Origin: a virus
Lineage: Duplodnaviria; Heunggongvirae; Uroviricota; Caudoviricetes
Reading direction: 5' to 3' (one strand)
Length of the DNA stretch: 64,000 nucleotides
IMG/VR virus record: IMGVR_UViG_3300012347_000256
Each line of letters opens with the position of its first letter. The first letter of the stretch is position 1. A program made the position numbers and the translations under genes. This document shows, in pieces, positions 27,786 to 37,137 of this stretch. The notes beneath the pieces were generated by a model that was not told where the DNA came from, ran no database searches, and was given only the letters and a program-made list of their open reading frames with translations.

Positions 27786-27959
27786 ATGAGAGTTTTTGTC
27801 GTAATGGGTCAATGTTGGTACAGTGGTAACGAACATTGTGCTTGGTCTATTGAACGTGTTTTTGCTACCAAAGAATCTGCACAAGAATACATCAAAGATA
27901 AGAAAGCCAACGGTTCTGATGTACAATACGGTATCGAGACAGAAGAAGTTTACGCATAA
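27786..27959 (+). CDS. small hypothetical protein (57 aa)
   Basis: Not in the track; follows the promoter at 27744 and a GGAGAA ribosome-binding site. Confidence 0.4.
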   Translation: MRVFVVMGQCWYSGNEHCAWSIERVFATKESAQEYIKDKKANGSDVQYGIETEEVYA

Positions 27960-27969
27960 GGAGAACACA

Positions 27970-28254
27970 ATGAAAGCTTATAAACACCTAGTCAAACACG
28001 CTCTTGCTAAAGGGTACACAATCAGTGTCTACGATGGTGAAGAGTGGCAAGTAAAGCGCTCTATTGCTTACAAAGAGATTGTAGACGCTATTGAATCCGT
28101 AGAAGAAGCTGAAATGACAATCCGTGATAAGCAAGGTAATAAAGAAGCTTGGGTATTGTGCAGTGCTTTTGGACTTGAAGATGACGAAACAGTCATGGAT
28201 TACTCTGATAATCAATTCATGCAAAATTGGTCTGAGGTTTACGATAAAATGTGA
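27970..28254 (+). CDS. hypothetical protein
   Basis: Trimmed from 27823-28254. The ATG follows AAGGAGAAC. Confidence 0.5.
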   Translation: MKAYKHLVKHALAKGYTISVYDGEEWQVKRSIAYKEIVDAIESVEEAEMTIRDKQGNKEAWVLCSAFGLEDDETVMDYSDNQFMQNWSEVYDKM

Positions 28255-28291
28255 TATAATCAAGTCTTCAAAGAACAACTGAAAGGTTAAC

Positions 28292-28459
28292 ATGAAATAC
28301 TATCTGATCTATCTGCAATGCGGTACTGTGGTTGACATCTGTTCATTTGATGATGAACAAACTCGTGATACAATCTACCGTTCTTGGTTACATCGTGATC
28401 AGAATGTTTACAATTGTGCGGACTTTGATCAACTGCAATGCTTTAATCAGGTGGTGTAA
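28292..28459 (+). CDS. small Cys-containing protein (55 aa)
   Basis: Preceded by the recurrent TGAAAGG ribosome-binding-site context. Confidence 0.35.
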   Translation: MKYYLIYLQCGTVVDICSFDDEQTRDTIYRSWLHRDQNVYNCADFDQLQCFNQVV

Positions 28460-28460
28460 T

Positions 28461-28709
28461 ATGAAATGCAAATTCAACGAAGGTTCTAACTTTGATCGCA
28501 AAGGTCAGTGGGTTATCGCAAAGTACCTTGATCAAGCATGGGTTACTGGTATTGTGATGGAGACTCGTGTTAAGTACGGTGGTAAAATTCAACACAGTAT
28601 CTTAAGTGATTCACCTACGTATGTGAATGATGAACTGAGAGAAGTTGGTGATCATTTTCTTGTGCTGGAAGATTTTGTAACAGAAGCTCAAATGTTGGAG
28701 GTTGTATGA
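28461..28709 (+). CDS. hypothetical protein
   Basis: Trimmed from 28332-28709. Confidence 0.45.
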   Translation: MKCKFNEGSNFDRKGQWVIAKYLDQAWVTGIVMETRVKYGGKIQHSILSDSPTYVNDELREVGDHFLVLEDFVTEAQMLEVV

Positions 28710-28939
28710 AGTTTGTTTTTACTTTACCAAATCGCTGGATTACTACAGGTACTTACGTCATGGCAAACGGTCGTAAAGCCACGATAGACAGCGTTAAACC
28801 TAACGGTCAAGGGGTAGGTAGCTATGAAGGTAAAGCAGACGCTATGGGTCGCATCCGCAAGTACTATTGGGTGTGGGAGGCAGAAGGTAACGCTAAATTT
28901 ATTGAACCTTCAGGTCTTGATCTGGTTAAGAAGCTGTAA
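28706..28939 (+). CDS. hypothetical protein
   Basis: 77 aa. Confidence 0.45.
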   Translation: MKFVFTLPNRWITTGTYVMANGRKATIDSVKPNGQGVGSYEGKADAMGRIRKYYWVWEAEGNAKFIEPSGLDLVKKL

Positions 28940-29011
28940 ACTCTGTTATAATTCAATCACACCAACCAATAGCAAGTGTCCGAACCCTTCGGGCACGTAC
29001 AGGAGTTTCAA

Positions 29012-29434
29012 ATGGCATACGTTACGCAAGAAGTTATCACCAAAGCTCGCTTGGCACTTAAAGCACTCAACAAAGAGTACGGTATTAAAGCTACACTCAG
29101 CGGTAAAGGCGATAGTACTTTGTACTTGACTATCACAGAAGGTAAGATTGATTTTGTGAGTAACTTCTGCGAGAACGTAAAAGCTAAACGCAGGCAGCAT
29201 GATACACAGCAAGTTATTGATTGGGTTACCAAAGAGCAAAACATCAGCGTAAATCAGTATTACCTTGATAGTTCATTTGATGGTATTGCACTGGAATATC
29301 TGGAGAAAGCTAAAAGTATCATGCTTGTAGATCACTGGGATCGTAGTGACATTCAAAGCGATTATTTCAATTGTGCTTATTATTTGAATATCAGTATCGG
29401 TCGTTGGAATAAACCATATAAATTTAAAAATTAA
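29012..29434 (+). CDS. hypothetical protein
   Basis: Trimmed to the ATG after CAGGAG. Last gene before the origin-like region. Confidence 0.5.
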   Translation: MAYVTQEVITKARLALKALNKEYGIKATLSGKGDSTLYLTITEGKIDFVSNFCENVKAKRRQHDTQQVIDWVTKEQNISVNQYYLDSSFDGIALEYLEKAKSIMLVDHWDRSDIQSDYFNCAYYLNISIGRWNKPYKFKN

Positions 29435-29452
29435 AAATCCTCGTACCCCTTT

Positions 29453-29497
29453 CGGAACTAAAAACTCCTTTAGGGGTATTTCTTTTTAAAAACCCCT
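29453..29497 (+). terminator. rho-independent terminator
   Basis: TACCCCT...AGGGGTA stem followed by TTTCTTTTT. Confidence 0.55.
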
Positions 29498-29590
29498 GTT
29501 CCTAAAATAAACCCAAAAACCCGCTTGCCTAATTGCACAAGAAAAGACCTGAAAGTAAAAAGCGCCGCGACCGAGCAGTCAGAAACCAGA

Positions 29591-29930
29591 CAGTTCAGTC
29601 GGCGACTAGACCGTTCAGTCACAAAATATACCGTTCAGTCACAAAATATACCGTTCAGTCACAAAATATACCGTTCAGTAAGTGACTAGACCGTATAGTA
29701 AAAAACTGAACTGTTCAGTCACAAAATATACCGTTCAGTATTTTAATACATCGTTCAGTCAAAGACCCTACAGTATATTCTACAATCACACTTTTCAGTA
29801 TTTTATTAAATTCTCTAGTCGTAGAATATACTGTAGGCTTATAAAGTAAACTCATAAGTTAAAATTTATACTGTGCAGTCACAATTTGAACGCTACAGTT
29901 ACAATTTAAACTCTGCAGTCACAAAATAAG
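29591..29930. repeat. iteron array: nine 20-bp phased repeats (core CCGTTCAGTCACAAAATATA), a 16-bp inverted repeat (29768-29783 and 29821-29836), and three variant 20-bp units (29871-29930)
   Basis: Exact 20-bp register from 29591 to 29770, with three tandem perfect copies at 29611-29670. Confidence 0.8.
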
Positions 29931-30019
29931 TTATCCACAGGTTATTATTGAGATGTCCACAGGGTACTACTTGAGTTTTCAATATTAATTAGAAACAAAA
30001 GCACTCAAACTGTGGATAA
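29931..30019. promoter_or_regulatory. cluster of three DnaA-box matches (TTATCCACA 29931-29939; ATGTCCACA 29953-29961; TGTGGATAA 30011-30019), followed by TTGACA 30034-30039
   Basis: Two perfect 9-mer matches in opposite orientation plus one 8/9 match within 90 bp, next to the iterons. Confidence 0.55.
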
Positions 30020-30387
30020 CTCATGAACAGGTGTTGACAACTTTTTCTAAGGGCATAGTACCGACGACAAGAAAAACGCCTAAAAACGCCCTTAAAACCC
30101 GTTATAGCGGCATGGTATTTTATACAGTATGCATTTTTACGGTGTAATACTGGCATGAATTTTGCTCTTCGCGTGGGCATGCATGCGTTATTTATAATGC
30201 CAAGAATTGAAAACCAAAGTGTGCATAGGGTTTTCACTCTAAAATAATTTGAGGCAGGTAACCAAAAGACATTTTTAGGCCTATAATTGATCACATGGAC
30301 AGGTCATCGGGCAGTCCTAGGGTTTACCCGGTCGTTCTTTAAAAATGCATAGAAGTATATTGATTATCTTTGATTATATTCTCACAT

Positions 30388-30434
30388 TATATACCCGGTT
30401 TAATTATCGGGTATATATTGGGATAATATTGTCC
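30388..30434 (+). promoter_or_regulatory. palindromic early-gene motif copy 1 (TATATACCCGGTTTAATTATCGGGTATATAT ... GGATAATATTGTCC)
   Basis: One of a motif family (a/t)ATTaTCsGGgTAwTAT located 20-40 nt upstream of each small gene from 30452 to 31882. Other copies: 30556-30590, 30886-30932, 31837-31861. Confidence 0.45.
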
Positions 30435-30592
30435 TAATGGAGAAAATGATTATGTCAGACAATAAAATATTGATTATGATTAACATTGTATTATGGTTTA
30501 TAGTTTGCCCAGCTATCAGTCATTATATTTAAATAATCATTATAATACTCTGATTCATTATCGGGGTATTATGAGGGTGATTTTACCCGGTT

Positions 30593-30874
30593 TTGCAAAA
30601 TGGAAATATCATGCAAAAATTATTCAAAACTACTGTATATATCGGCACATCAAACCAAACTGAGCAATTCTCTAAGCTCAAAATAGGTCAGTGGTGCAAA
30701 GGAATATCTCTTTCAGGAAAGTCGATGGTTTGGAGAGGGCAATATATGGGGCTCGATAATGATGGACAGGCCATTATCAATTTTAGGCTTGATCACGCTA
30801 AAGTTAAATTAAACTGGAAAGAACAATTCAAGAGTAACAAACCCTTGCGTCAGTTTGCCCGTATTAAGTGCTGA
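30593..30874 (+). CDS. hypothetical protein
   Basis: 93 aa; the start may be the second ATG at 30611. Confidence 0.45.
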   Translation: MQNGNIMQKLFKTTVYIGTSNQTEQFSKLKIGQWCKGISLSGKSMVWRGQYMGLDNDGQAIINFRLDHAKVKLNWKEQFKSNKPLRQFARIKC

Positions 30875-30935
30875 TAGTATCAGATAATAACCCTTGATTA
30901 TATTAGGGGTTATTGTCGGGTAATATCGCCCGTAA

Positions 30936-31166
30936 ATGAGAATGATTATCATGAAACTGATTTCCACCATTAATAAATCAATTGGGTTTCAAGCTAAAGT
31001 TTACTATAATGCAGATTATAGTGAATATGTAGTTAAATATTATAACGAGAATAAAAAGATTATGTCAGATAATACTTGGTATTATACAGATGATAAAGAT
31101 GACGCGATTAATACCGCATATAAAGAATTAGAATATATGACAAATAATAAAGTATTGTCAGATTAA
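30936..31166 (+). CDS. hypothetical protein
   Basis: 76 aa. Confidence 0.45.
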   Translation: MRMIIMKLISTINKSIGFQAKVYYNADYSEYVVKYYNENKKIMSDNTWYYTDDKDDAINTAYKELEYMTNNKVLSD

Positions 31167-31192
31167 CTAATAATCAATTGGAGTAAATCAAA

Positions 31193-31549
31193 ATGTCTGC
31201 TTTCATTGTCTCAGATAAGCATTTTCAGATTATCGCTGAATATATCGCACATAATACGGGTATTCAAGCCCAGATTATGGCCGATAAATTAAAGCGCATA
31301 AATATCGAATCAGTTAATTTTCGATATAATGAAAAGAATAGATTTTCTAAAGTAAAGTTTAATTCTGATTTTACATTTAAAGATTATAATCAATTTGATA
31401 TTATCCGGCTTATTCAGTGCTGGAGTTATCAATCATGCGAGAATGGATTATCCCTTGATTTTCTAATAATGGATGCTTATTTATTGTCGCATTTTGATAA
31501 TGATGAAATCAAATCGGCAGGTTATGAATCACCTATTTGGAGTATTTAA
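31193..31549 (+). CDS. hypothetical protein
   Basis: 118 aa. TTGGAG ribosome-binding site. Confidence 0.5.
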   Translation: MSAFIVSDKHFQIIAEYIAHNTGIQAQIMADKLKRINIESVNFRYNEKNRFSKVKFNSDFTFKDYNQFDIIRLIQCWSYQSCENGLSLDFLIMDAYLLSHFDNDEIKSAGYESPIWSI

Positions 31550-31771
31550 ATGAAATATATTCAAGCATTTAATATATGGAATATCCCGGATGAATTAATC
31601 CGACATATACAACCCGGTCAACATGTATATGCGGGTGATAAAGATAATAAAGGAATATACCAAGGGATTAAATCAAACGGTATTATTGTTGTTGCTTGGA
31701 AGGGTAATATAGATAATAAGAGAAATAAAAGAGAATATATTAATAAGCTTAGGAATTATGCAAAATCATAA
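31550..31771 (+). CDS. hypothetical protein
   Basis: 73 aa. Confidence 0.45.
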   Translation: MKYIQAFNIWNIPDELIRHIQPGQHVYAGDKDNKGIYQGIKSNGIIVVAWKGNIDNKRNKREYINKLRNYAKS

Positions 31772-31881
31772 ATAGTTAGAATCTTATCTCATAAGTTCGA
31801 TAAGTATTTTCTGATAATATCTTAGATTATAGTCTAGGGTATTATCCGGATAATATTATCCTATAACCAACTTTTCATAAT

Positions 31882-32649
31882 ATGAAAAAACAAAGTAAAC
31901 CCGTTTCAAGTGTAATTTATAATGGTCCGTCATTAATTGATGGTCAACCCATTGTTGTTGTTGGTATTATTGCAAGTAATAACACAAAAACCGGGAATAT
32001 GCTTCAAACTCATATTATTCGAGCGGATGTAAACCCAATTGAAGCAAGCAAGACAGGGGAGGATTACTCAATATGTGGCGACTGTATTCATCGGGGTTTA
32101 CCTACGGATAACCCTGACAAGAAAACAGCCGTAGGGCGTGCATGTTATGTCAACCTAGGGCAGGGGCCAAATCAAGTGTTTAAGGCCTACAAAGCCGGGA
32201 AATACCCCGTCCTGAGCCTTGATGAAGTATCGAACCTAGGCAAAAATAGAATGGTTCGCTTAGGGACTTATGGGGACCCAGCGGCTGTTCCTTCAAAGGT
32301 CTGGGAGTTACTCTTAAAAGAAGCACGAGGTCACACGGGTTACACGCACCAGCATAATGCAAAGCAAGCCCCGGACTATACCCGCATGATGTACTCAGCC
32401 GATACCCTACAGGATGCTCAAAAGGCGCACTCTAAGGGTTATCGGACCTTCAGAGTAGTGTCGGTTCAGGATTATGAAAAGAACGGTTTGAACGCCCTTT
32501 TATCAAATGAAATACTATGTCCAGCAAGCAAGGAAAACGACAAGGGCGTGACATGCATTGAATGTAAGCTTTGTACAGGGTCACAAAGCAAGGGCAAGTC
32601 TATTGCAATAGTTGCTCATGGCCCAACAAAGAATAACTTTAAGGGATAA
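31882..32649 (+). CDS. hypothetical Cys-cluster protein
   Basis: 255 aa. CGDCIHRG ... CIECKLCTG. Confidence 0.5.
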   Translation: MKKQSKPVSSVIYNGPSLIDGQPIVVVGIIASNNTKTGNMLQTHIIRADVNPIEASKTGEDYSICGDCIHRGLPTDNPDKKTAVGRACYVNLGQGPNQVFKAYKAGKYPVLSLDEVSNLGKNRMVRLGTYGDPAAVPSKVWELLLKEARGHTGYTHQHNAKQAPDYTRMMYSADTLQDAQKAHSKGYRTFRVVSVQDYEKNGLNALLSNEILCPASKENDKGVTCIECKLCTGSQSKGKSIAIVAHGPTKNNFKG

Positions 32650-32776
32650 CATGAAGATAATCATTTATTCTATTTTGGGTTTCTATTCTATATTATGGAT
32701 AATATGCATTGGATGTTATCTCATGGCATGGGGTATTCATAAGGTAAAAGGAAAACGATAATATAGGGGGGTTTAT

Positions 32777-32813
32777 AGGGGTTGACCTTGACGGGTTGAC
32801 CCCTTTTTTTATT
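32777..32813 (+). terminator. rho-independent terminator
   Basis: GGGGTTGACC...GGTTGACCCC stem followed by TTTTTTT. Confidence 0.55.
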
Positions 32814-33380
32814 GTCAGTTTAATATTGTAGATTTATATTGAAGGCTTAACCGCCTACATAATGACAGTACATAATGAAAATACAATATCATAATGTGAA
32901 ACGTTTCATAATGTAAAATATACCCTATAAAAAAAATTTCTTCCCTGCCCGTTTTAAAGTTAATGATTGTTCAAATGAATCAATATAGGTTTTTATAAAT
33001 GTTTTCAGTATATTAAAACTGAAGAATAACATATGATGCTTCGCATTGTATAAATGAAAGTACACCGGATATTTTAAAATCCTAGTACTATCCGAGGGTA
33101 GTAGTGCTGTCCCTATCAAGCACCCCGGACTAACTTCTATTAAAACACCTGTACCAATCCCGCCGTAAACCCCGAACGCTATTCCAGCAATAAATCAAGG
33201 TATAAACAAGTATTCAAAACCTGTTATGCTACCAGCCAAAACATACCTCAGCATATCACCAAGCTCTTTAAACACAGCTTAAAGCAGTTAAAACACAAGC
33301 CTGATACGGATGTAAGTAAAAGGGATATAAGCCGCTGTAGAGCCTATAAAGCTTTCATGATATTTGATATTTACCAAAAG

Positions 33381-33422
33381 AAAAAACCCCAAGGTTATAC
33401 ACCAAGGGGTTCTAAAAATTTT
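33381..33422 (-). terminator. terminator for the minus-strand ClpP-like operon
   Basis: AACCCC...GGGGTT stem. The minus-strand transcript would read GGGGTT followed by a U-rich tract. Confidence 0.45.
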
Positions 33423-33442
33423 ATAAAAATAAAATACTAAAA

Positions 33443-34213
33443 TCAATCTACGTTATCAAGGGAAGTCTCAACCTTTACTTCAGCTTTAACTTTACCTTTG
33501 GATTTACCTTGATTAGGTAGCTTAGGTTCCTTGGGTAACATGTTCTTGATACCTTTCATCTGTTTCATTTCAGCTTTAGCTCGTTTCTCTTGTAGTTCAG
33601 CGCGAACCTCTAACCTACGCACAATCTCATCAGCGTCAAACCACATCTCTTTACCCATTAGGACTTCTTCAAGTTCTTTTACAGTAAGAAAATCCTGATA
33701 GACACTGTGCATTAAAGTCTTTACTTGTTTGTCTACGAATGAAGCGTGAGAGATAACATCAGACTGCTTACCAAAAGCTCCAAATGTAGCAGAGTGAACC
33801 ATCATGGTAGCGTAAGGAGATACAGAGATACTTGGTGCAGCAAGTGAAATCAAAGATGCTGCAGAAGCGGCTACACCTTCAATATTGCAATGCACATCAG
33901 CATCAGTCATCTCCATAGCATTGATAATCGCAATTGCACCGTCTAAATGACCACCGTAGCTGTTGATGTTTAGTAGCACTAAATCACCTTCACTTAATGA
34001 ATCAATACCTTGAAGTACATTTCGGTAGTACTTAGCTTCACGAATCATTTCATCCAAGGGTACTTTAATACAGCGGTTTACCTTTGAACTTTCATAGTAA
34101 GGTAAATAGTTGCTAGCACCTTGTCGGATATTTCTAGGAGAATCATCCTCATCATCGTCATCATCTCGTGATACTTGGATTTTAAAATTCTGGTATTTAC
34201 TCTTATCTTGCAT
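33443..34213 (-). CDS. ClpP-family (S14-like) serine protease
   Basis: Trimmed to the internal Met that overlaps the PhoH stop by 11 nt. GVAASAASLISLAAP aligns to the ClpP Ser loop GxAASMGAFLL; MMVHSATFG aligns to the ClpP His motif MIHQP. Poly-Asp stretch near the N-terminus; basic coiled-coil C-terminus. Confidence 0.75.
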   Translation of the reverse strand: MQDKSKYQNFKIQVSRDDDDDEDDSPRNIRQGASNYLPYYESSKVNRCIKVPLDEMIREAKYYRNVLQGIDSLSEGDLVLLNINSYGGHLDGAIAIINAMEMTDADVHCNIEGVAASAASLISLAAPSISVSPYATMMVHSATFGAFGKQSDVISHASFVDKQVKTLMHSVYQDFLTVKELEEVLMGKEMWFDADEIVRRLEVRAELQEKRAKAEMKQMKGIKNMLPKEPKLPNQGKSKGKVKAEVKVETSLDNVD

Positions 34214-35018
34214 ATGGTGCTCCTTTTTTATCTGTCTTATCAGTCTTATCAGTCTTATCAGTCTTTGGTACTTTATACTCATCAAGTACGCTACTTTTGT
34301 CAAACTCTGCTTCAATTTCATCTTCAAAAGCAATAACGAACTCTTTGGTCAATCCACTACGTACAACGTGCTCTCTTGTAAAGGTAGTAAAGCTGCAGTC
34401 ATTAATACTGTACTTTGTGCAGATTTTCTCTAAGTAAGTCAAACCATCCATACCTTTTTTAACATCCGTCTGTGGTCCTGTGTTATCACCACAAAAGATA
34501 ATCTGAGAGTCCAACCCTACACGAGTAGTCAAAGCTTGAATCTCAGGTACGTACAAGTTCTGTGATTCATCTACGATAATGATACTTTCGTTCCAGCTTC
34601 TACCTCTAATAGTCTCTAGGCTGCAGATTTCAATTGTTTTATTCTTTAGATGAATCTCTGTAGTTGCTTTACCTAGATAATCCTCAAAGTAATCAATCAT
34701 CTGTTGATAAAACGGCAGTAACTTCTCTTCAGCAGTACCGGGAAGAAATCCAATGCTACGACCAGCAAGTGGCTGATATGCACGAATAAGTACAACCTTT
34801 TTGATATCTCCGTAGTGCAATTTCTTAGCTGCATGATGAATAGCTAACAAAGTCTTACCAGTACCTGCACTACCACGAGCTACAACCAAAGTGTTATACT
34901 TCAGAGCCTCCAGTAGTTCACCTTGTTTATCGTTCATTGCAAACAAAGGTGGAAATTGAACTCTTGTAAACTTTTCTTTTTGTACTCGTTGAGATTGTAC
35001 TTTTTGATTTCTTTTCAT
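34203..35018 (-). CDS. phoH: PhoH-like ATPase
   Basis: 271 aa. Walker A GSAGTGKT. PhoH signature GFLPGTAEEKLLPFYQ. C-terminal KTDKTDKTD encoded by a (TCTTATCAG)n tandem repeat at 34229-34263. Confidence 0.85.
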   Translation of the reverse strand: MKRNQKVQSQRVQKEKFTRVQFPPLFAMNDKQGELLEALKYNTLVVARGSAGTGKTLLAIHHAAKKLHYGDIKKVVLIRAYQPLAGRSIGFLPGTAEEKLLPFYQQMIDYFEDYLGKATTEIHLKNKTIEICSLETIRGRSWNESIIIVDESQNLYVPEIQALTTRVGLDSQIIFCGDNTGPQTDVKKGMDGLTYLEKICTKYSINDCSFTTFTREHVVRSGLTKEFVIAFEDEIEAEFDKSSVLDEYKVPKTDKTDKTDKTDKKGAPYAR

Positions 35019-35087
35019 ATTATCCTTTACTGCTGGATTATCTGGATTATCTGGTATGTTTATTTTAAATTATCTAATAAGGATAAT

Positions 35088-35339
35088 TCAATTCTTAGGT
35101 TTACGACCACGAGTTGGTTTATCTTCGATAATAGTTTCGGTATTAACTTCTGGATTATCTGCGGTATTATCTACATGACCTTTAATCATATTAGCAATTA
35201 ATAATGAACCAAAAGCAGTAGGCGCATTTTCGTTACTTTCAAAATCAAATACATAACCTTCAGTGACAGCTTTTTGCACTAACTGACAAAATTCAAACAA
35301 ACTGTAAGCTTCAATTTTTAAGGTATTCTGGACGTTCAT
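35088..35339 (-). CDS. hypothetical protein (83 aa)
   Basis: Trimmed to the Met after AAGGAG. First gene of the minus-strand operon, downstream of the minus-strand TGTGCTACAAT promoter (plus-strand coordinates 35367-35377). Confidence 0.45.
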   Translation of the reverse strand: MNVQNTLKIEAYSLFEFCQLVQKAVTEGYVFDFESNENAPTAFGSLLIANMIKGHVDNTADNPEVNTETIIEDKPTRGRKPKN

Positions 35340-35852
35340 AGCACTCCTTGTGTTGATAAAGATTTGATTGTAGCACAGCATTTGAACAAAAGCAAGTCCA
35401 AGCTATAGTTTTGCACCAAATCCACGTAAAAATAAAAATATTTCAACAAAAGCTTGACAAACGCTTAAATTCGTGCTACCCTAAAGATATACTACAGTAT
35501 ATACAGTAGTTTAACTGCAGTTAACGTATATTGTATTATAGGTTAAACTGCAGTTACTATCAGTTTAATGTATGTTAAACATGTATTAACATTATCTATA
35601 CCGTATAAGTTACATCTAATGTTATATCAGATGTTACATTAGATGTTACAGTAGTTAAAGCGATATAGTAATAAGATAATTAAAACATACATTAAACATA
35701 AGTTAACCATAGATTAATATAAGATTAACATAGATTATAACTAAGGTACGGAAGTTTATTCTATTTTTTATTTTATATTAACTTGAGTATTTATTTTTTA
35801 AAGTTTAACTATCTCAAGCATTATGCTCAAGCCGCATGGCTGTCTTGCAGAC

Positions 35853-36000
35853 CGCACGTTCAACGCACGTTCAACGCACGGTTAAAGCACGGTTAAAGCA
35901 CGGTTAAAGCACGATAGACTTCAGACACCTTGAGTTCTATTGGATTTGTGCAGAAATTGTGCAGAAATTGTGCAGAAATTGTGCAAAATTGTGCAAAAGC
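35853..36000. repeat. two blocks of 10-11-bp tandem repeats: (CGCACGTTCAA)x2 then (GCACGGTTAAA)x3 at 35853-35908; (GTGCAGAAATT)x3 then (GTGCAAAATT)x2 at 35948-36000
   Basis: Read directly from the sequence; helical-phase (about 10.5 bp) direct repeats. Confidence 0.8.
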
Positions 36001-36246
36001 TCTAAAGCTTCAACTTCAGTTAGCAACGCTCATCAGATACCTTCAGGAAAGCCCCTAGAAGGCTCTACAAGGCTCTAACGTTAACAAGTCTAGGGGTATG
36101 TAGCCTGAAGGGTGGAAATGAGCATATAGAGCGTTTTAGATCGTTTAAAGGCTTTTGATTTGTGTCATGTGCAAAGACTTCCGTTACCTTAAGAAACTAT
36201 CAATCAACCAATCAAACATCAAACATTTGATATTTAAATTATATAG

Positions 36247-36804
36247 GTGCTTATGAATATAAAAGAAACTTCCATAAAAGATTTAATTGATTATGATATA
36301 TTAACTGGTGCTTTTTATATATTAAAAAATAATACAAGATATCGCAGGATATTTCCTAGTGAAGATGGTTATTTAATATTCTATAGAAATAAAAGAAGAA
36401 TTAAATTAAAAGCTAATAAAGCGGCAATTGATTTTGTAAATGAATCAAATCAAGGTAATCAATCGAATCAATATAATACTTCAAGTAATATCTCAGATAA
36501 TTCAGATATAATAACCAAAGTAGTTCTGCACAAAAATCTAAATGAAGATGATTATAGATATTGCAATCTTAGATTAATATCCAAGAAAGTATATAATATA
36601 ATAAAAGAAGCTCATAGAAATTTATCCGGTGCTTTAAAACTACAACCGCATTCAAAGGATGTATTTTCTTATGTATTGACTTGGAAAGAAAACTCCAAAG
36701 ATAAAGTCCTAGTAGTGCAGGATGTGGTTATAGCAAAAAGGTTATATAATAAATTGCAACTCAAGTACGCTAAGATTTTAAATAAGTTCTGTATCTTTGA
36801 TTAA
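36247..36804 (+). CDS. hypothetical Asn/Lys/Ile-rich protein; compositional outlier (very AT-rich)
   Basis: 185 aa. Confidence 0.4.
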   Translation: MLMNIKETSIKDLIDYDILTGAFYILKNNTRYRRIFPSEDGYLIFYRNKRRIKLKANKAAIDFVNESNQGNQSNQYNTSSNISDNSDIITKVVLHKNLNEDDYRYCNLRLISKKVYNIIKEAHRNLSGALKLQPHSKDVFSYVLTWKENSKDKVLVVQDVVIAKRLYNKLQLKYAKILNKFCIFD

Positions 36805-37137
36805 GTACTTGATATTTCTCTTGAAATTTTACAATTCATATGTTATAATCAAGGCTTCTATATAAATTAAGCTGAAATTCTTTAGTAAATTACGTTATTA
36901 AGAGATGTAAACCTGCTTTTGATCCAATAGGCTTAAACCTGCATAGAAGCAACCTTCATATGTTAGTCCATTGCTAGTTTCATCCTTTCGAGCTTTAGAT
37001 GCTTCAGTATGAGCTGGATAAGTAACCAGCGCTAATTTCGCTAATACAGATGTAAGTCATTTTAGACAAAAGTACTCTATATGTCCATAATGAGCAACAC
37101 CTAAGAAAAACAATATAATACAAAAGAGAACCTATAC

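Noticed and set aside
29591-29770. Possible CRISPR array (regular 20-bp periodic repeats)
   Set aside because: The units are contiguous 20-mers with no unique spacers. Repeat and 'spacer' halves are both conserved (ACAAAATATA repeats identically). No cas genes. The array fits an iteron array better.
36950-37030. Resemblance of the minus strand (CTGAAGCATCTAAAGCTCGAAAGG) to the 3' end of 23S rRNA (CTGAAAGCATCTAAGCACGAAAC)
   Set aside because: The similarity is limited to about 25 nt with mismatches. No extended rRNA-like helix context is recognisable by eye. It would need an Rfam or BLAST check.
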